Notes under the pieces: model-generated | Told to the model about the DNA's origin: nothing | Seen by the model: only the letters and a program-made list of their open reading frames with translations | Databases searched by the model: none | Program-made: the position numbers and the translations under genes | Shown here: positions 48,235-57,245 of the stretch, piece after piece | Position numbering within the stretch: position 1 is the stretch's first letter | Layout: each line of letters opens with the position of its first letter | IMG/VR virus record: IMGVR_UViG_3300045988_027877 | Location: 32,001 to 96,000 of that record | Length of the DNA: 64,000 nt | Origin: a virus | Strand: one strand, 5' to 3'

Positions 48235-49119
48235 TTAAAGTGGATTCAAAATCTTATTCTCCATTATTTCGATACATACTTCATCCATATCAGATGACTG
48301 TGTATCATCCTGAGTAGATACTTTGTTCTCTTCTTTTATTTTTTCAGTAGAAATATTCATATCTTTAACTATTTGAGTTAAAGGCATGTCTTCAAAGAGA
48401 ACAACTTCATCTAAGAATGCAGAAATATTATCAAATGATTTTACTTTCATATATTCGTTAATGAAGTTCACAACTTCATCTATATTCTTAACTCCCTTAT
48501 CTTCTGCCATATAGCGTACAAATACCGAGTTAGAATTAGCTTCATACTGTTTGAAATAACGAACACGTGAGCATCTATCGAAGAAGTTTTCGTCTATCTT
48601 TTCTGCTCTATTACAAGTCATTAATACAAGTTTCTTTGCTGTTGACTCTACTCCATCTAAGAATCCTAATAGATCCTTAGTTTCCCACCAATAATCGTTC
48701 TTCTCAATCTCATCAAACATGATTACTACAGGAGTAGTAAAGTTTTTGAAGAACGCACTTAGTTTATCAGCAGGATAGTCAGTTGCAACAACAATAATAG
48801 GTAGATTACTTTCTAAGGCAATACGTTTAGAGAGCATTGTTTTGCCTGTACCTTTAGTACCAGCAAGTAATACACCTGTTGTTTGGTTAGAACTTTCAGA
48901 ATTGAAATAAGTAAGCACACGGTTAATAAAGTTATTATCCTCATCTAGCTTATACAGTTTCTTTGGCATATTCAAATCACCATTTTCTACTAAATAAGAT
49001 TTTCCTTCCATACGATTGTACTTCAGATCATATACTTTACCTTTAATAAGTTCATATGCTAATCCTTCTAACTTTGGTTTAACTGTGATCTCATTACCTA
49101 CTTTAATAAATTCTGCCAT
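48235..49119 (-). CDS. AAA+ ATPase
   Basis: GVLLAGTKGTGKTMLSKRIA (Walker A) and VVIMFDEIEK (Walker B). Confidence 0.7.
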   Translation of the reverse strand: MAEFIKVGNEITVKPKLEGLAYELIKGKVYDLKYNRMEGKSYLVENGDLNMPKKLYKLDEDNNFINRVLTYFNSESSNQTTGVLLAGTKGTGKTMLSKRIALESNLPIIVVATDYPADKLSAFFKNFTTPVVIMFDEIEKNDYWWETKDLLGFLDGVESTAKKLVLMTCNRAEKIDENFFDRCSRVRYFKQYEANSNSVFVRYMAEDKGVKNIDEVVNFINEYMKVKSFDNISAFLDEVVLFEDMPLTQIVKDMNISTEKIKEENKVSTQDDTQSSDMDEVCIEIMENKILNPL

Positions 49120-49130
49120 AACTTCTGTTT

Positions 49131-49508
49131 TTATGTTTTTAGTTTGTCGATTAACTCATCGACTTGTTTCTACGTATGTACAACATAGAACGCTGTTTTA
49201 GGTTCATGTGTGTACAAATAATAGTTAAATAACTTTTCACGCAAAGGCCACGCCTCATTAGGGAAGCCTTTACATTCAATCACGAAACCTTTACCAACAA
49301 AGTCTGGTAAATAGGTCATCGGTCTGTATCTTTTGTTTCCAAAAGTAAAAGCTGGAAGAAGTTCGTATCTGTGCTGCTCATAGTCTGCCTAGATCTTTGC
49401 TTCTTTCAGCTTTTTATATGTATAAGTTTCCAGTTTACTTCGGAATTTTATTCCATCGTATTCATTAGGAGTTGCGTTTCTTACTTTTCCAGTCTTCTAT
49501 TTTTTCAT
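49131..49508 (-). CDS. DUF1064-like / Holliday-junction-resolvase-like nuclease with three in-frame TAG codons
   Basis: Minus-strand ATG 49508 to TAA 49131-49133. TAGs at 49497-49499, 49389-49391 and 49170-49172. Translation: MKK(Q)KTGKVRNATPNEYDGIKFRSKLETYTYKKLKEAKI(Q)ADYEQHRYELLPAFTFGNKRYRPMTYLPDFVGKGFVIECKGFPNEAWPLREKLFNYYLYTHEPKTAFYVVHT(Q)KQVDELIDKLKT. The K..N..T..DGI.F.S..E and Y.PDF...IE.KG patterns match the family as I recall it. Confidence 0.55.
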
Positions 49509-49815
49509 AAAAGAATTCTTTAATATAAAATATTATATTATCTATTTTCCACCATAACTTCTTATAAAAAGGAGTTTTACGTAAGTCATCTTCGATGCGC
49601 TTATAATATTCTTCTTCTGAAAAAGTAAGTAATGCTATATACATGTCGTCCCGTTCACTACTACATGTAGTGCACCAGTCGATAATATCTTTCTCTTCCC
49701 ACATATCTTGACGAATCACGACATCTGGGTCCTTTTCATCTTCTTCTAAGAAACGATTATTTTGAAATTCTTCTCTATAATTTTCAAGAAGTTCGATAAG
49801 TTTAGATAACTTCAT
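49465..49815 (-). CDS. Hypothetical protein
   Basis: 116-aa ORF with TAA stop. Confidence 0.5.
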   Translation of the reverse strand: MKLSKLIELLENYREEFQNNRFLEEDEKDPDVVIRQDMWEEKDIIDWCTTCSSERDDMYIALLTFSEEEYYKRIEDDLRKTPFYKKLWWKIDNIIFYIKEFFYEKIEDWKSKKRNS

Positions 49816-49816
49816 G

Positions 49817-50782
49817 CTATAATTGTTTTGTTAACCAGTTCTTTACTTTTTCAAATCCATTAGCTTTAATAGCATCAGATATATCTTTTGCTTTAAATCT
49901 TTTATGGACTAGCATACCTTCTAAGCCTGTTTTTTGGCTCATTTTACGGAGATATTTCACTCCAGCTTCATCTCTATCAAACATTATAATAATACGTTTA
50001 AAGCGCTTCTTTAGGTGCTCTAAGACATCATTCGGAATAAATGTTGATTCAGATGAAGGTGAAATGGCAGGTATTCCCATTTCATATAGACACATGACAT
50101 CCTTCATACTCTTAGTAATTATTAGGATATCACCTTTCTTTGGTAGTTGCTTATAACCTTGAATATCATATTCAGTAAGGTTATTACGCCACTTTGTATA
50201 TTTATCTGCTAAAGGTTTATATATCTTAAAATGATTATAAACCTTATAAGCATACATTGGATTATCTTCTTTATAAATGCTTTTTACTATGCCATTACAT
50301 AGGTAGTACTTTATACTACTTACTCCAAATTTTTTTAGAGTTTCTACCGTAATATTAAACTGCTTCCAGTAATTGATATCAGTTTCAGTGAATTCCTGAC
50401 GTACAACACCAATTACTGTTTCAGTTGACGGTATGTGTTGCTTAGAGCTAACTAATTGCGTATCATTAGTAATCTTAAGTCTACTTACTATATCTTTAAG
50501 TATATCTGAATAGTTAGTAATGCCTGTGTAAAGCTCTATGAACTTTATTACATTACCACATTCTCCAGTGCCATGATCTTTGAAGAGTAATTGCTTAGTC
50601 TTCCTACTATAAAAACAACCAAATGATGGTGTTTTATCTTTCCTTAAAGGAGAGTTATAGATCATGCCTACTTTAAAATTACCTATATACGCAGCATATA
50701 TATCATATTCTGTTACTCTAGCTAATATCCATTCTAGAGTAATACCAAAATTGTCTTTTACTTTACTTGTATCGTAAACCAT
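49817..50782 (-). CDS. DNA primase (Toprim domain)
   Basis: 321-aa ORF. ...ILIITKSMKDVMCLYEMGIPAISPSSE...IIIMFDRDEAGVKYL (E ... DxD Toprim). Ends in TAG 49817-49819, with TAA 4 codons later. Confidence 0.65.
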   Translation of the reverse strand: MVYDTSKVKDNFGITLEWILARVTEYDIYAAYIGNFKVGMIYNSPLRKDKTPSFGCFYSRKTKQLLFKDHGTGECGNVIKFIELYTGITNYSDILKDIVSRLKITNDTQLVSSKQHIPSTETVIGVVRQEFTETDINYWKQFNITVETLKKFGVSSIKYYLCNGIVKSIYKEDNPMYAYKVYNHFKIYKPLADKYTKWRNNLTEYDIQGYKQLPKKGDILIITKSMKDVMCLYEMGIPAISPSSESTFIPNDVLEHLKKRFKRIIIMFDRDEAGVKYLRKMSQKTGLEGMLVHKRFKAKDISDAIKANGFEKVKNWLTKQL

Positions 50783-50798
50783 GATATATAATTATTTG

Positions 50799-50897
50799 TG
50801 AAGGGAGTCAGATTCGAACTGACATCTGTAACTTCTCCTACAAGCTACTGTATTAGACCTAGATAAGGGCGCCCCTATCGTGTTATACTATCCCAAC
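50799..50897 (-). ncRNA. tRNA-like element (99 nt) with canonical T arm, imperfect acceptor and a 28-nt insertion
   Basis: Minus strand: GTTGGGA-TA-GTAT-AACACG-ATAG-[28 nt incl. GGGCGCCC]-AGCTT-GTAGGAG-AAGTT-ACAGAT-GTCAG-TTCGAAT-CTGAC-TCCCTTC-A. Acceptor stem pairs 5 of 7. The 3' end is 16 nt upstream of the primase ATG. Confidence 0.35.
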
Positions 50898-50904
50898 TTA
50901 TCAA

Positions 50905-50942
50905 ACGTGAGTACTTTCGTTAGACTCTACTTGTACTCACGT
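50905..50942. repeat. Perfect 10-bp inverted repeat with 18-nt loop
   Basis: ACGTGAGTAC (50905-50914) pairs with GTACTCACGT (50933-50942). Confidence 0.6.
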
Positions 50943-50984
50943 ATTCCTAGCTTAAGCCCTAGGTGGCAGCTGTTTTAAGTACGA

Positions 50985-51611
50985 TTAGAACGGCAGATCG
51001 TCTGCTGGATCATTACCTACAGACAATTCATCTACTTTAGTCTCTTTATCGGCAATTACTGGTTTAGTAAACATGTCGATAGAGAGTTTCGTAATCATAC
51101 TTTTATTTTCTGGATTTGTCTCTTTATCATAGAACCCTTCTGGAATATCCATAGGTTCAATTACTGCATAAGAAACATATGAAGGTAAGGTTGTGTAACC
51201 TTTCTCATTATAAGTAACCTTCAATTTCAACAAGATATTCTTATTAGCAGCATTTAGCATAGCAATAGCCCAATCGGAGAACTCCTTATAGCTATTACCA
51301 TTGAAGTTAATCAATTCTTTTGGATAGAAACATTTCAGTACACGCATAATACGTGTTACCTGATTAGTAATCTTACTTTGACTTTGTTCTTCAGTCTCTT
51401 CAGGTTTAATGTTTGGTTCCCATTCAGTATGTAACAATTCCTTTCCGTCTTTTTCAAAACGGAGCTCCATAAAGTTTTTACCAGTAGGAGAGGTCGCAGC
51501 TCTCGCACCAGTGAATTTCACATTATCGTGTATACCAGCTTCGAGAAACTTGCTATTCTTGTTACTATCTGTTATTACTATCTTGCTTGCTAATTCTGTA
51601 CTGTAAATCAT
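50985..51611 (-). CDS. ssb: Single-stranded DNA-binding protein
   Basis: C-terminus ...VGNDPADDLPF matches the acidic DDxPF tail of SSBs. I prefer ATG 51611 (MIYSTELASK...) because the longer ORF-track start overlaps the upstream gene. Confidence 0.6.
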   Translation of the reverse strand: MIYSTELASKIVITDSNKNSKFLEAGIHDNVKFTGARAATSPTGKNFMELRFEKDGKELLHTEWEPNIKPEETEEQSQSKITNQVTRIMRVLKCFYPKELINFNGNSYKEFSDWAIAMLNAANKNILLKLKVTYNEKGYTTLPSYVSYAVIEPMDIPEGFYDKETNPENKSMITKLSIDMFTKPVIADKETKVDELSVGNDPADDLPF

Positions 51612-51630
51612 AATTTCTTTGTTTTGTATG

Positions 51631-52374
51631 TTATTCTTCAGGTAAGAAAATACGATCCATATGGAACGTAATATTGTTATCTTCGTCACTTTCAGCAACG
51701 ACTATGTTCTTACCTCTTAGATGTGGTGCTCTTGCTTCTCTTACTATGTTACTACCACCTTCAAATGAAATGATAGTTTCGTTTTTCTTACGATAGACAT
51801 ATCCAATAGCATCTGCTTCACCACAGATAATGTCTCCTAATCTACCAGTAAGATCAAGTGTCATTTCTGACATTTCTTGTCCTTCTACATTTATCTGTTT
51901 ATCTCTCGTATGAGCAATCAATATAAGATGATCACTTAGATCTCTGAACAAGTCGATTACCTTCTTCACAGCCATTCTAAGCCACATATAGCCACTACCA
52001 TTAGGTAGAGTACGAATGTCTGTTCCTTGATAATTTTTTCCTTGATTCGTACTTTTATAAAGCTGTATGGCATAACCCATACATATCTCCTCTAGTCGAG
52101 TTGCATTATCTATAGTAATATACTTATACGGTTTCTTACCCGTACGACTAATCTCTTCTTTAATTGCTGTAACAATATCTCCAAAATCCTTTACAGATCT
52201 TGCTTGAATAACTAAAGCAGATAAAGCCTGGTAACCGTTTTCCAGGTCGATAATCAGATTGTTCTCTAGGGCTGCCATAAGACAGGATTTACCTGCCTTA
52301 GGCTTTCCATAGAAAACGGCAAACTTAGGATTACATACCTTTGCTTCGGTTTTTTCTTTTGGTAATACAATCAT
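51631..52374 (-). CDS. RecA-like ATPase of the AAA_24 / Sak4-like family
   Basis: FAVFYGKPKAGKSCLMAAL (Walker A) and DHLILIAHTRDK (Walker B-like strand). Confidence 0.55.
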   Translation of the reverse strand: MIVLPKEKTEAKVCNPKFAVFYGKPKAGKSCLMAALENNLIIDLENGYQALSALVIQARSVKDFGDIVTAIKEEISRTGKKPYKYITIDNATRLEEICMGYAIQLYKSTNQGKNYQGTDIRTLPNGSGYMWLRMAVKKVIDLFRDLSDHLILIAHTRDKQINVEGQEMSEMTLDLTGRLGDIICGEADAIGYVYRKKNETIISFEGGSNIVREARAPHLRGKNIVVAESDEDNNITFHMDRIFLPEE

Positions 52375-52454
52375 AAAGCTAATTTATTTCTTGTATTCCG
52401 CGTTTCTGGTAAACTCTGACAAATTCTGATAAGTACGGAATCTTAATATCTTAT

Positions 52455-52880
52455 TTAGAACAAACCACTATTCTTCAACTTAATTGTGATGTCGATAATG
52501 GTTTTCTTTGTTTTCGGTTTTAGGTGATTCAGAGAACCCGGTGTAATAGGAATTACATCGTAGCCAATCTGAACGAAATTATCGAAGATACGAATCGGAG
52601 TACCGAACTCGTCTTCAAAGTCATAGTCTTTAGCTGTTACACTAAGAGCGCTCATGAATTTGAAGAACTCATCCTCCAAGTCGCTAATATTAAACGGACA
52701 TTTTGTTCCAGCAGGGCAAGAAATTGTATCTAGATAATAGTAATCAAAGATCTCTTTGTCTTCTTTCTTTTTACCCAGCCAAGGATAAGCGTTCAATATT
52801 TTATCAGCAAGAATGTTCTTGTTGTTAAAAGCACTAGTATTGTTTTTCTTCGGTAATGTAAATGAATATTTTGTAATCAT
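52455..52880 (-). CDS. Hypothetical protein
   Basis: 141-aa ORF with TAA stop. Confidence 0.5.
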   Translation of the reverse strand: MITKYSFTLPKKNNTSAFNNKNILADKILNAYPWLGKKKEDKEIFDYYYLDTISCPAGTKCPFNISDLEDEFFKFMSALSVTAKDYDFEDEFGTPIRIFDNFVQIGYDVIPITPGSLNHLKPKTKKTIIDITIKLKNSGLF

Positions 52881-52905
52881 AATTTTCAGCCTTTAATTGT
52901 TATTA

Positions 52906-53868
52906 CTAAAACGAAATCTTCTTTGCAGGTTCCGTATTCTTTAGCGTTTCAATTAAATTATTGTATTTTAAATCATTGTCAAACTCTAGAATTGCACATT
53001 CTCCAGCATCTCTATTCTTTAAGATGTGGAGATATACCTTATTCTTAACTAGTAGACGATTTGGTCCATACTGCTGTATATTGAGCAATTCTGGTCTGTG
53101 AATACAGATAACGTAATCTGACGCGTGAAATATAGTATCCGCAGAAGAAATATCACTACGCATTGGATAATGCATAGATGGATTGTTAATCCTATCAGGA
53201 GCCTCAATGTTTCGGTTCATCTGTGATAACTGGATTATAGTAGTATTAGGGTACTTTTTAACCCTAATAAACAGTTTCTGTAAATCCGAAATCACTTTCA
53301 GTGCAGATTCTTGACCTTCTACAAGCAAGGTATGGTCTAGGATAATAATAAATTTCTTATCCTTAGCATAATTCTCATAGAAGTAATCAATAGTAGAAGC
53401 TATTTCTCCAACCGTCCCAGGTGTATCTACATAATATATCTGGTATGATTTTATCTGTTGAGATGCTTTCTCAACTTCTGCTAATGTTTCATCTGCAAGA
53501 TCTCCATTAGCGCTGTATAGCTGTGCAGTAGTTTGCCTTAACTTACTACTTAATTTTCTACCTACCTGCCTTGAACTTAACATCTCAAATGAGAAGTTAA
53601 GCACGACGACATCCTGATCTGGATTTAGGTCTATCAAATCAGTTTCTAACGTATTAACAAATGATGATTTACCACTACCTGATATACCTACTATAGTATA
53701 TATCGTATTCGGTTCAATACCACCCATACAATGTGTATTGAACTTATTCCATCTTGTCTTAAGAGATTGAATCTGATGATTCTTTCTCTCTCTGATATAC
53801 TCTACTGCTTCATTAGCAGCAGTAGAGATATGACGGAAAGTAAGTGTATTAGTAGAGTTCTGTTCCAT
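52906..53868 (-). CDS. DnaB-like replicative helicase (RecA-fold C-terminal domain)
   Basis: IYTIVGISGSGKSSFVNTL (Walker A), FIIILDHTLLV (Walker B), IIQLSQMNR. The stop is TAG 52906-52908, immediately followed by TAA TAA. Confidence 0.7.
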   Translation of the reverse strand: MEQNSTNTLTFRHISTAANEAVEYIRERKNHQIQSLKTRWNKFNTHCMGGIEPNTIYTIVGISGSGKSSFVNTLETDLIDLNPDQDVVVLNFSFEMLSSRQVGRKLSSKLRQTTAQLYSANGDLADETLAEVEKASQQIKSYQIYYVDTPGTVGEIASTIDYFYENYAKDKKFIIILDHTLLVEGQESALKVISDLQKLFIRVKKYPNTTIIQLSQMNRNIEAPDRINNPSMHYPMRSDISSADTIFHASDYVICIHRPELLNIQQYGPNRLLVKNKVYLHILKNRDAGECAILEFDNDLKYNNLIETLKNTEPAKKISF

Positions 53869-54415
53869 AACTATTACTAATTACAGGTTCCTCTACTTTC
53901 ATTTGCTCCTCGTAGGTTTCCCACTCGTGTTGAGTGAGCCATTTCCACATAGTTTTCATATAACCTATTTTACCGGTTAGCATTTTATTATCTATCTCGA
54001 AAGATAAACAATTCATTATATGCTGATGCATAGCTCTGCTTTTACCGACTATTCGATTATACTCTTTCCTACATTTGTTTACATTAGCCCTTAAGAAACC
54101 TTTAGTTCCATCAGGTCTTATAACATAAACTGGAAATAGGTCATAGAATTCATCAAACATAGATTTATCTTCTTTTAGAAGTTCCTCTAGTTTTGCTGTT
54201 TTCTTTATGACTGTGGTATCGTCTACAGTGCTGGTAGCGATTAAACCACGAGATTCTAACTCTTGTATCTCTTCTTCATTAACTAGGCTGAGAAGTTTCT
54301 GAATGTCTTGATTGATGTTTTTGAAATCACTCAATACAAGTGTTAGGAATACTAGCTGATTAATAGATAAATTTTCAATCCTGTCAAGGATTGAGGTGTC
54401 TATTTCTAAAATCAT
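53849..54415 (-). CDS. Hypothetical protein (helicase-loader/replication-organiser position)
   Basis: 188-aa ORF overlapping the helicase start by 20 nt. Confidence 0.45.
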   Translation of the reverse strand: MILEIDTSILDRIENLSINQLVFLTLVLSDFKNINQDIQKLLSLVNEEEIQELESRGLIATSTVDDTTVIKKTAKLEELLKEDKSMFDEFYDLFPVYVIRPDGTKGFLRANVNKCRKEYNRIVGKSRAMHQHIMNCLSFEIDNKMLTGKIGYMKTMWKWLTQHEWETYEEQMKVEEPVISNSYGTELY

Positions 54416-54470
54416 AGTCTCATATATTATATGAGCTTACGGTTTCTGAAATTATCTGATAAAGCCTCTG

Positions 54471-56450
54471 TTAATCCCATAGGCTCATTTGTAACGGTTT
54501 CAGTTCTCTGATTATCTTATAGGCTTCCATAATGTAATACCTATAATTAATCTTTCTCTCTTCTATTGGTTTATCATCTAAGTAATTTAATAAAGTAACA
54601 CCAGATGCAGTAAGCATATTCTGATACTGCCTTTCTTTGGCTGTATATCTTTGTGTGCCTACATAAGGTACATCGTATTCAACGATTTCACCCTCTTTAT
54701 AACCTGTTGGTTTCCATTTCCATAAGTAAGCACCATTAGTACTTGCATAGAAACGATTAGTTCTCTGTTGTTCTTTATTATTATACTCAACATGCCATTG
54801 TTTACCAGTCTTTTCAGACATTAGAAAGTCTCTAATATCTTGGCAACCTTTTATAGTTTCCTCTACTGGCACTCCGTTCTTAAAAAAGTTTATTACTGCT
54901 TTCGGTATGATCTTCGGAGTTAGACCTTTTCCTAATTTTACAGTAGTAATAAACATACCTTTCTCTTTTACTGAATCATCTTCAGCAATAGCGAAATAGT
55001 CATTTATAGCATATTGATACATGGCTTTGAAACGTTCTTCCTCAAGTGTTAGCTTAGTAAGTTGTTCCCAATCACGACAAACTTTGTTTACTTTAGAATA
55101 TACATCTTTCTTAAGTAAGACGAATAAACCATCAGTATTTGCCTGGACGATTCGACATCCTAGTTGGGTAAGTTTCTCTGCTAGCATTAGTAATAGTAAC
55201 TGTCCATTTATTCTAATTTGCATTACAGCAAATGGACTATAACAGAAATTATGTTCATTCTGTAAGTTACCTGATAAACCATTAAGAGCTAGCTTTAAGG
55301 TTTCATTCTTAACCTTATTGCCATTGTGTTTTGCTTCGATACGCTCATCTTTAATCTGCTTATATACTTCTAGGAATTCAGGACCTAAGTGTTTAGGATA
55401 GAATTCATATTCTATTAGCATACTTGGATATAGAGATGCAACATCTATATCAATGAGCAACTCGTCTTCTTTCGGAATTATTATTTCTGGCTTATTCACT
55501 GAATGAATGCCACCAACTCCTACAGAATACTGTAATCCTTCAAATACGAATTTGTTTTCATATCCTTTTCTTCCAGGAGATACTATCTGACTTTTCATAT
55601 CAGCTAGTACTTTTTGAAGTACAGGACTATCGTACTTAATAAATGGTAATATAACAGCATTTAACGGTATTACAGACATAGGAGATCTTAAATCTTTAAT
55701 ATCCCACCATGTTTGTCCTGTCTTTTCCAGATACTTCTGGGTTAGGATCTTCATACCAATGTTTACACCATCTTTACTAAGTACTCTTACTCCGTATTCG
55801 TCTTCGATAGCGATCCTAAGATCAATATCTTTTTTGCATCTATTGAGTAACTCTTCAGTAGAATTAACATCATTAATATTATACTCAATCATTGAGTCTA
55901 TTTGACTTTCAGGCAAATCAGCCTGCCAGTCTGTAACAAATTCCTGTACATTTTTGTACTGCATTGTTACTTGAATCTCTTTCAAACCTACTCTTAACTT
56001 ATTACTATATAACATAGTAAGTAAATCAAAAGAATCGAAACAAACCATATATTTCCACTTCTTCCAAGCGTTGATATCATCTTCACTTGAATCAGTGATT
56101 ACTTTACTTAGGTTAAATATAGACCTACATATAGTTCTATAACCTTTGTATTTCATAGTATTATAATAATCTATTATATAGTTTATAATAGCATTATCAT
56201 AATGAAGATTATTATATCCACAGAATAGTTTATCAGTATTAAACTGAATATCTGTAGTATAAAGATCTCCGAATGTATGATTTGTATTTATAGTATGAAA
56301 GAACTCTACGAGCTCATCTAATTGATTGCTTCTGCAAGATATTTCAAATTTATGTAACTCACCTGTTTCTGTATTTTTTACAGTACAATGAAAGACATTG
56401 GGGAATACCTCAATATCATATACATAAACAATCTTATCTCGTATAATCAT
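54471..56450 (-). CDS. Family-B DNA polymerase
   Basis: 659-aa ORF. VYVYDIEVFPN (Exo I), IDVASLYPSMLIEY (motif A, DxxSLYPS), KLALNGLSGN (motif B-like), VQANTDGLFV (motif C). Confidence 0.8.
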   Translation of the reverse strand: MIIRDKIVYVYDIEVFPNVFHCTVKNTETGELHKFEISCRSNQLDELVEFFHTINTNHTFGDLYTTDIQFNTDKLFCGYNNLHYDNAIINYIIDYYNTMKYKGYRTICRSIFNLSKVITDSSEDDINAWKKWKYMVCFDSFDLLTMLYSNKLRVGLKEIQVTMQYKNVQEFVTDWQADLPESQIDSMIEYNINDVNSTEELLNRCKKDIDLRIAIEDEYGVRVLSKDGVNIGMKILTQKYLEKTGQTWWDIKDLRSPMSVIPLNAVILPFIKYDSPVLQKVLADMKSQIVSPGRKGYENKFVFEGLQYSVGVGGIHSVNKPEIIIPKEDELLIDIDVASLYPSMLIEYEFYPKHLGPEFLEVYKQIKDERIEAKHNGNKVKNETLKLALNGLSGNLQNEHNFCYSPFAVMQIRINGQLLLLMLAEKLTQLGCRIVQANTDGLFVLLKKDVYSKVNKVCRDWEQLTKLTLEEERFKAMYQYAINDYFAIAEDDSVKEKGMFITTVKLGKGLTPKIIPKAVINFFKNGVPVEETIKGCQDIRDFLMSEKTGKQWHVEYNNKEQQRTNRFYASTNGAYLWKWKPTGYKEGEIVEYDVPYVGTQRYTAKERQYQNMLTASGVTLLNYLDDKPIEERKINYRYYIMEAYKIIRELKPLQMSLWD

Positions 56451-56470
56451 AGTTAATGGTGTTAAGTTTG

Positions 56471-56529
56471 TTCCCCTGGTCGGACTCGAACCGACATTTA
56501 GGAATTTTAGCCATTTAAACTACAGGGGT
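56471..56529 (-). ncRNA. tRNA-like element (59 nt) lacking an anticodon arm
   Basis: Minus strand: ACCCCTG-TA-GTTT-AAATGGCT-AAAA-TTCCTAAAT-GTCGG-TTCGAGT-CCGAC-CAGGGGA-A. U8, A14, G18G19 and the T-loop are canonical. Only 9 nt occupy the place of the anticodon arm plus variable loop. The 3' end is 20 nt upstream of the polymerase ATG. Confidence 0.45.
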
Positions 56530-56592
56530 TCCAGCGTATTACCGCATGATTACATTTTTTTAATTATGAAAAATTTAATTCGCAGGCAAAGT

Positions 56593-57219
56593 TTAGGCGG
56601 CCTGCTTAGCCTGTTTCATTGAATAGATTTTTGCTGTGCTATTGCGTGCAAAACCTCTATTCTTCTTGTGACGCCCAGTTCCTTTTTCAGGACATCTAGT
56701 GTTTCCTACCTTGTATGTACGAACATACTTGGTCTTAAACTCTACAAGGGAAGCTTTATACTTAGCCTTGTCTTCTTTACTCTGTTTTCTAGCTATTGCT
56801 CTGTCAAGCTTAGCTGTAAGCACAATAGTATGCTTAATAGCATCTATGTCTTTATGCTTTAATCCATGCTTAATTGCTTTAGTAAGCATAGCTTCTTTCG
56901 CTTTGAGTATGAGAGCCTTTCTATGAGCTTTCTTTGCTTTTCTGCGTTCTTTCAGCTCATCACAGTAAAAGTCTTTAGGTTGAAAGTCAATCTTTGCAGA
57001 TCGCTCACGAGCTTCACGAATTCTAGCATTTCTTTCTTCTTTCCATTTCTTAGGAACGATAGGTTTCTTTCCTGCTTTTTCGCGAGCTTCAGCTTCTTCA
57101 GCAGATATTAACATCTTGCATCCTTGCAAACTTCTTCTGTCGGCTTTCCAGATGTTTCTTAACTCAATTCTCTTTTTGCTACGAGCTATTTTATATTGCT
57201 TATTATTCTTGTCCATCAT
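56593..57219 (-). CDS. Highly basic Lys/Arg-rich protein
   Basis: 208-aa ORF dominated by K/R/A/E runs (e.g. KERRKAKKAHRKALILKAKEA). Confidence 0.55.
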   Translation of the reverse strand: MMDKNNKQYKIARSKKRIELRNIWKADRRSLQGCKMLISAEEAEAREKAGKKPIVPKKWKEERNARIREARERSAKIDFQPKDFYCDELKERRKAKKAHRKALILKAKEAMLTKAIKHGLKHKDIDAIKHTIVLTAKLDRAIARKQSKEDKAKYKASLVEFKTKYVRTYKVGNTRCPEKGTGRHKKNRGFARNSTAKIYSMKQAKQAA

Positions 57220-57236
57220 ATCTTGATAATATTAAT

Positions 57237-57244
57237 AGTTAATA
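57237..57244 (-). promoter_or_regulatory. TATTAACT motif 17 nt upstream of ATG 57219
   Basis: Minus strand: gtTATTAACTattaatattatcaagatATG. Confidence 0.3.
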
Positions 57245-57245
57245 A

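Noticed and set aside
50915-50932. UCUAA in the loop of the 10-bp hairpin (and CCUAAA in the 56471-56529 element) as a possible CUA suppressor anticodon
   Set aside because: I could not build a 5-bp stem / 7-nt loop around either CUA, nor a full cloverleaf. Calling a suppressor tRNA would be unsupported.
56668-57111. Three plus-strand ORFs antisense to the basic-protein gene
   Set aside because: These are Phe/Leu/Ser-rich mirror translations of a Lys/Arg/Glu-rich gene, which is a typical antisense artefact.
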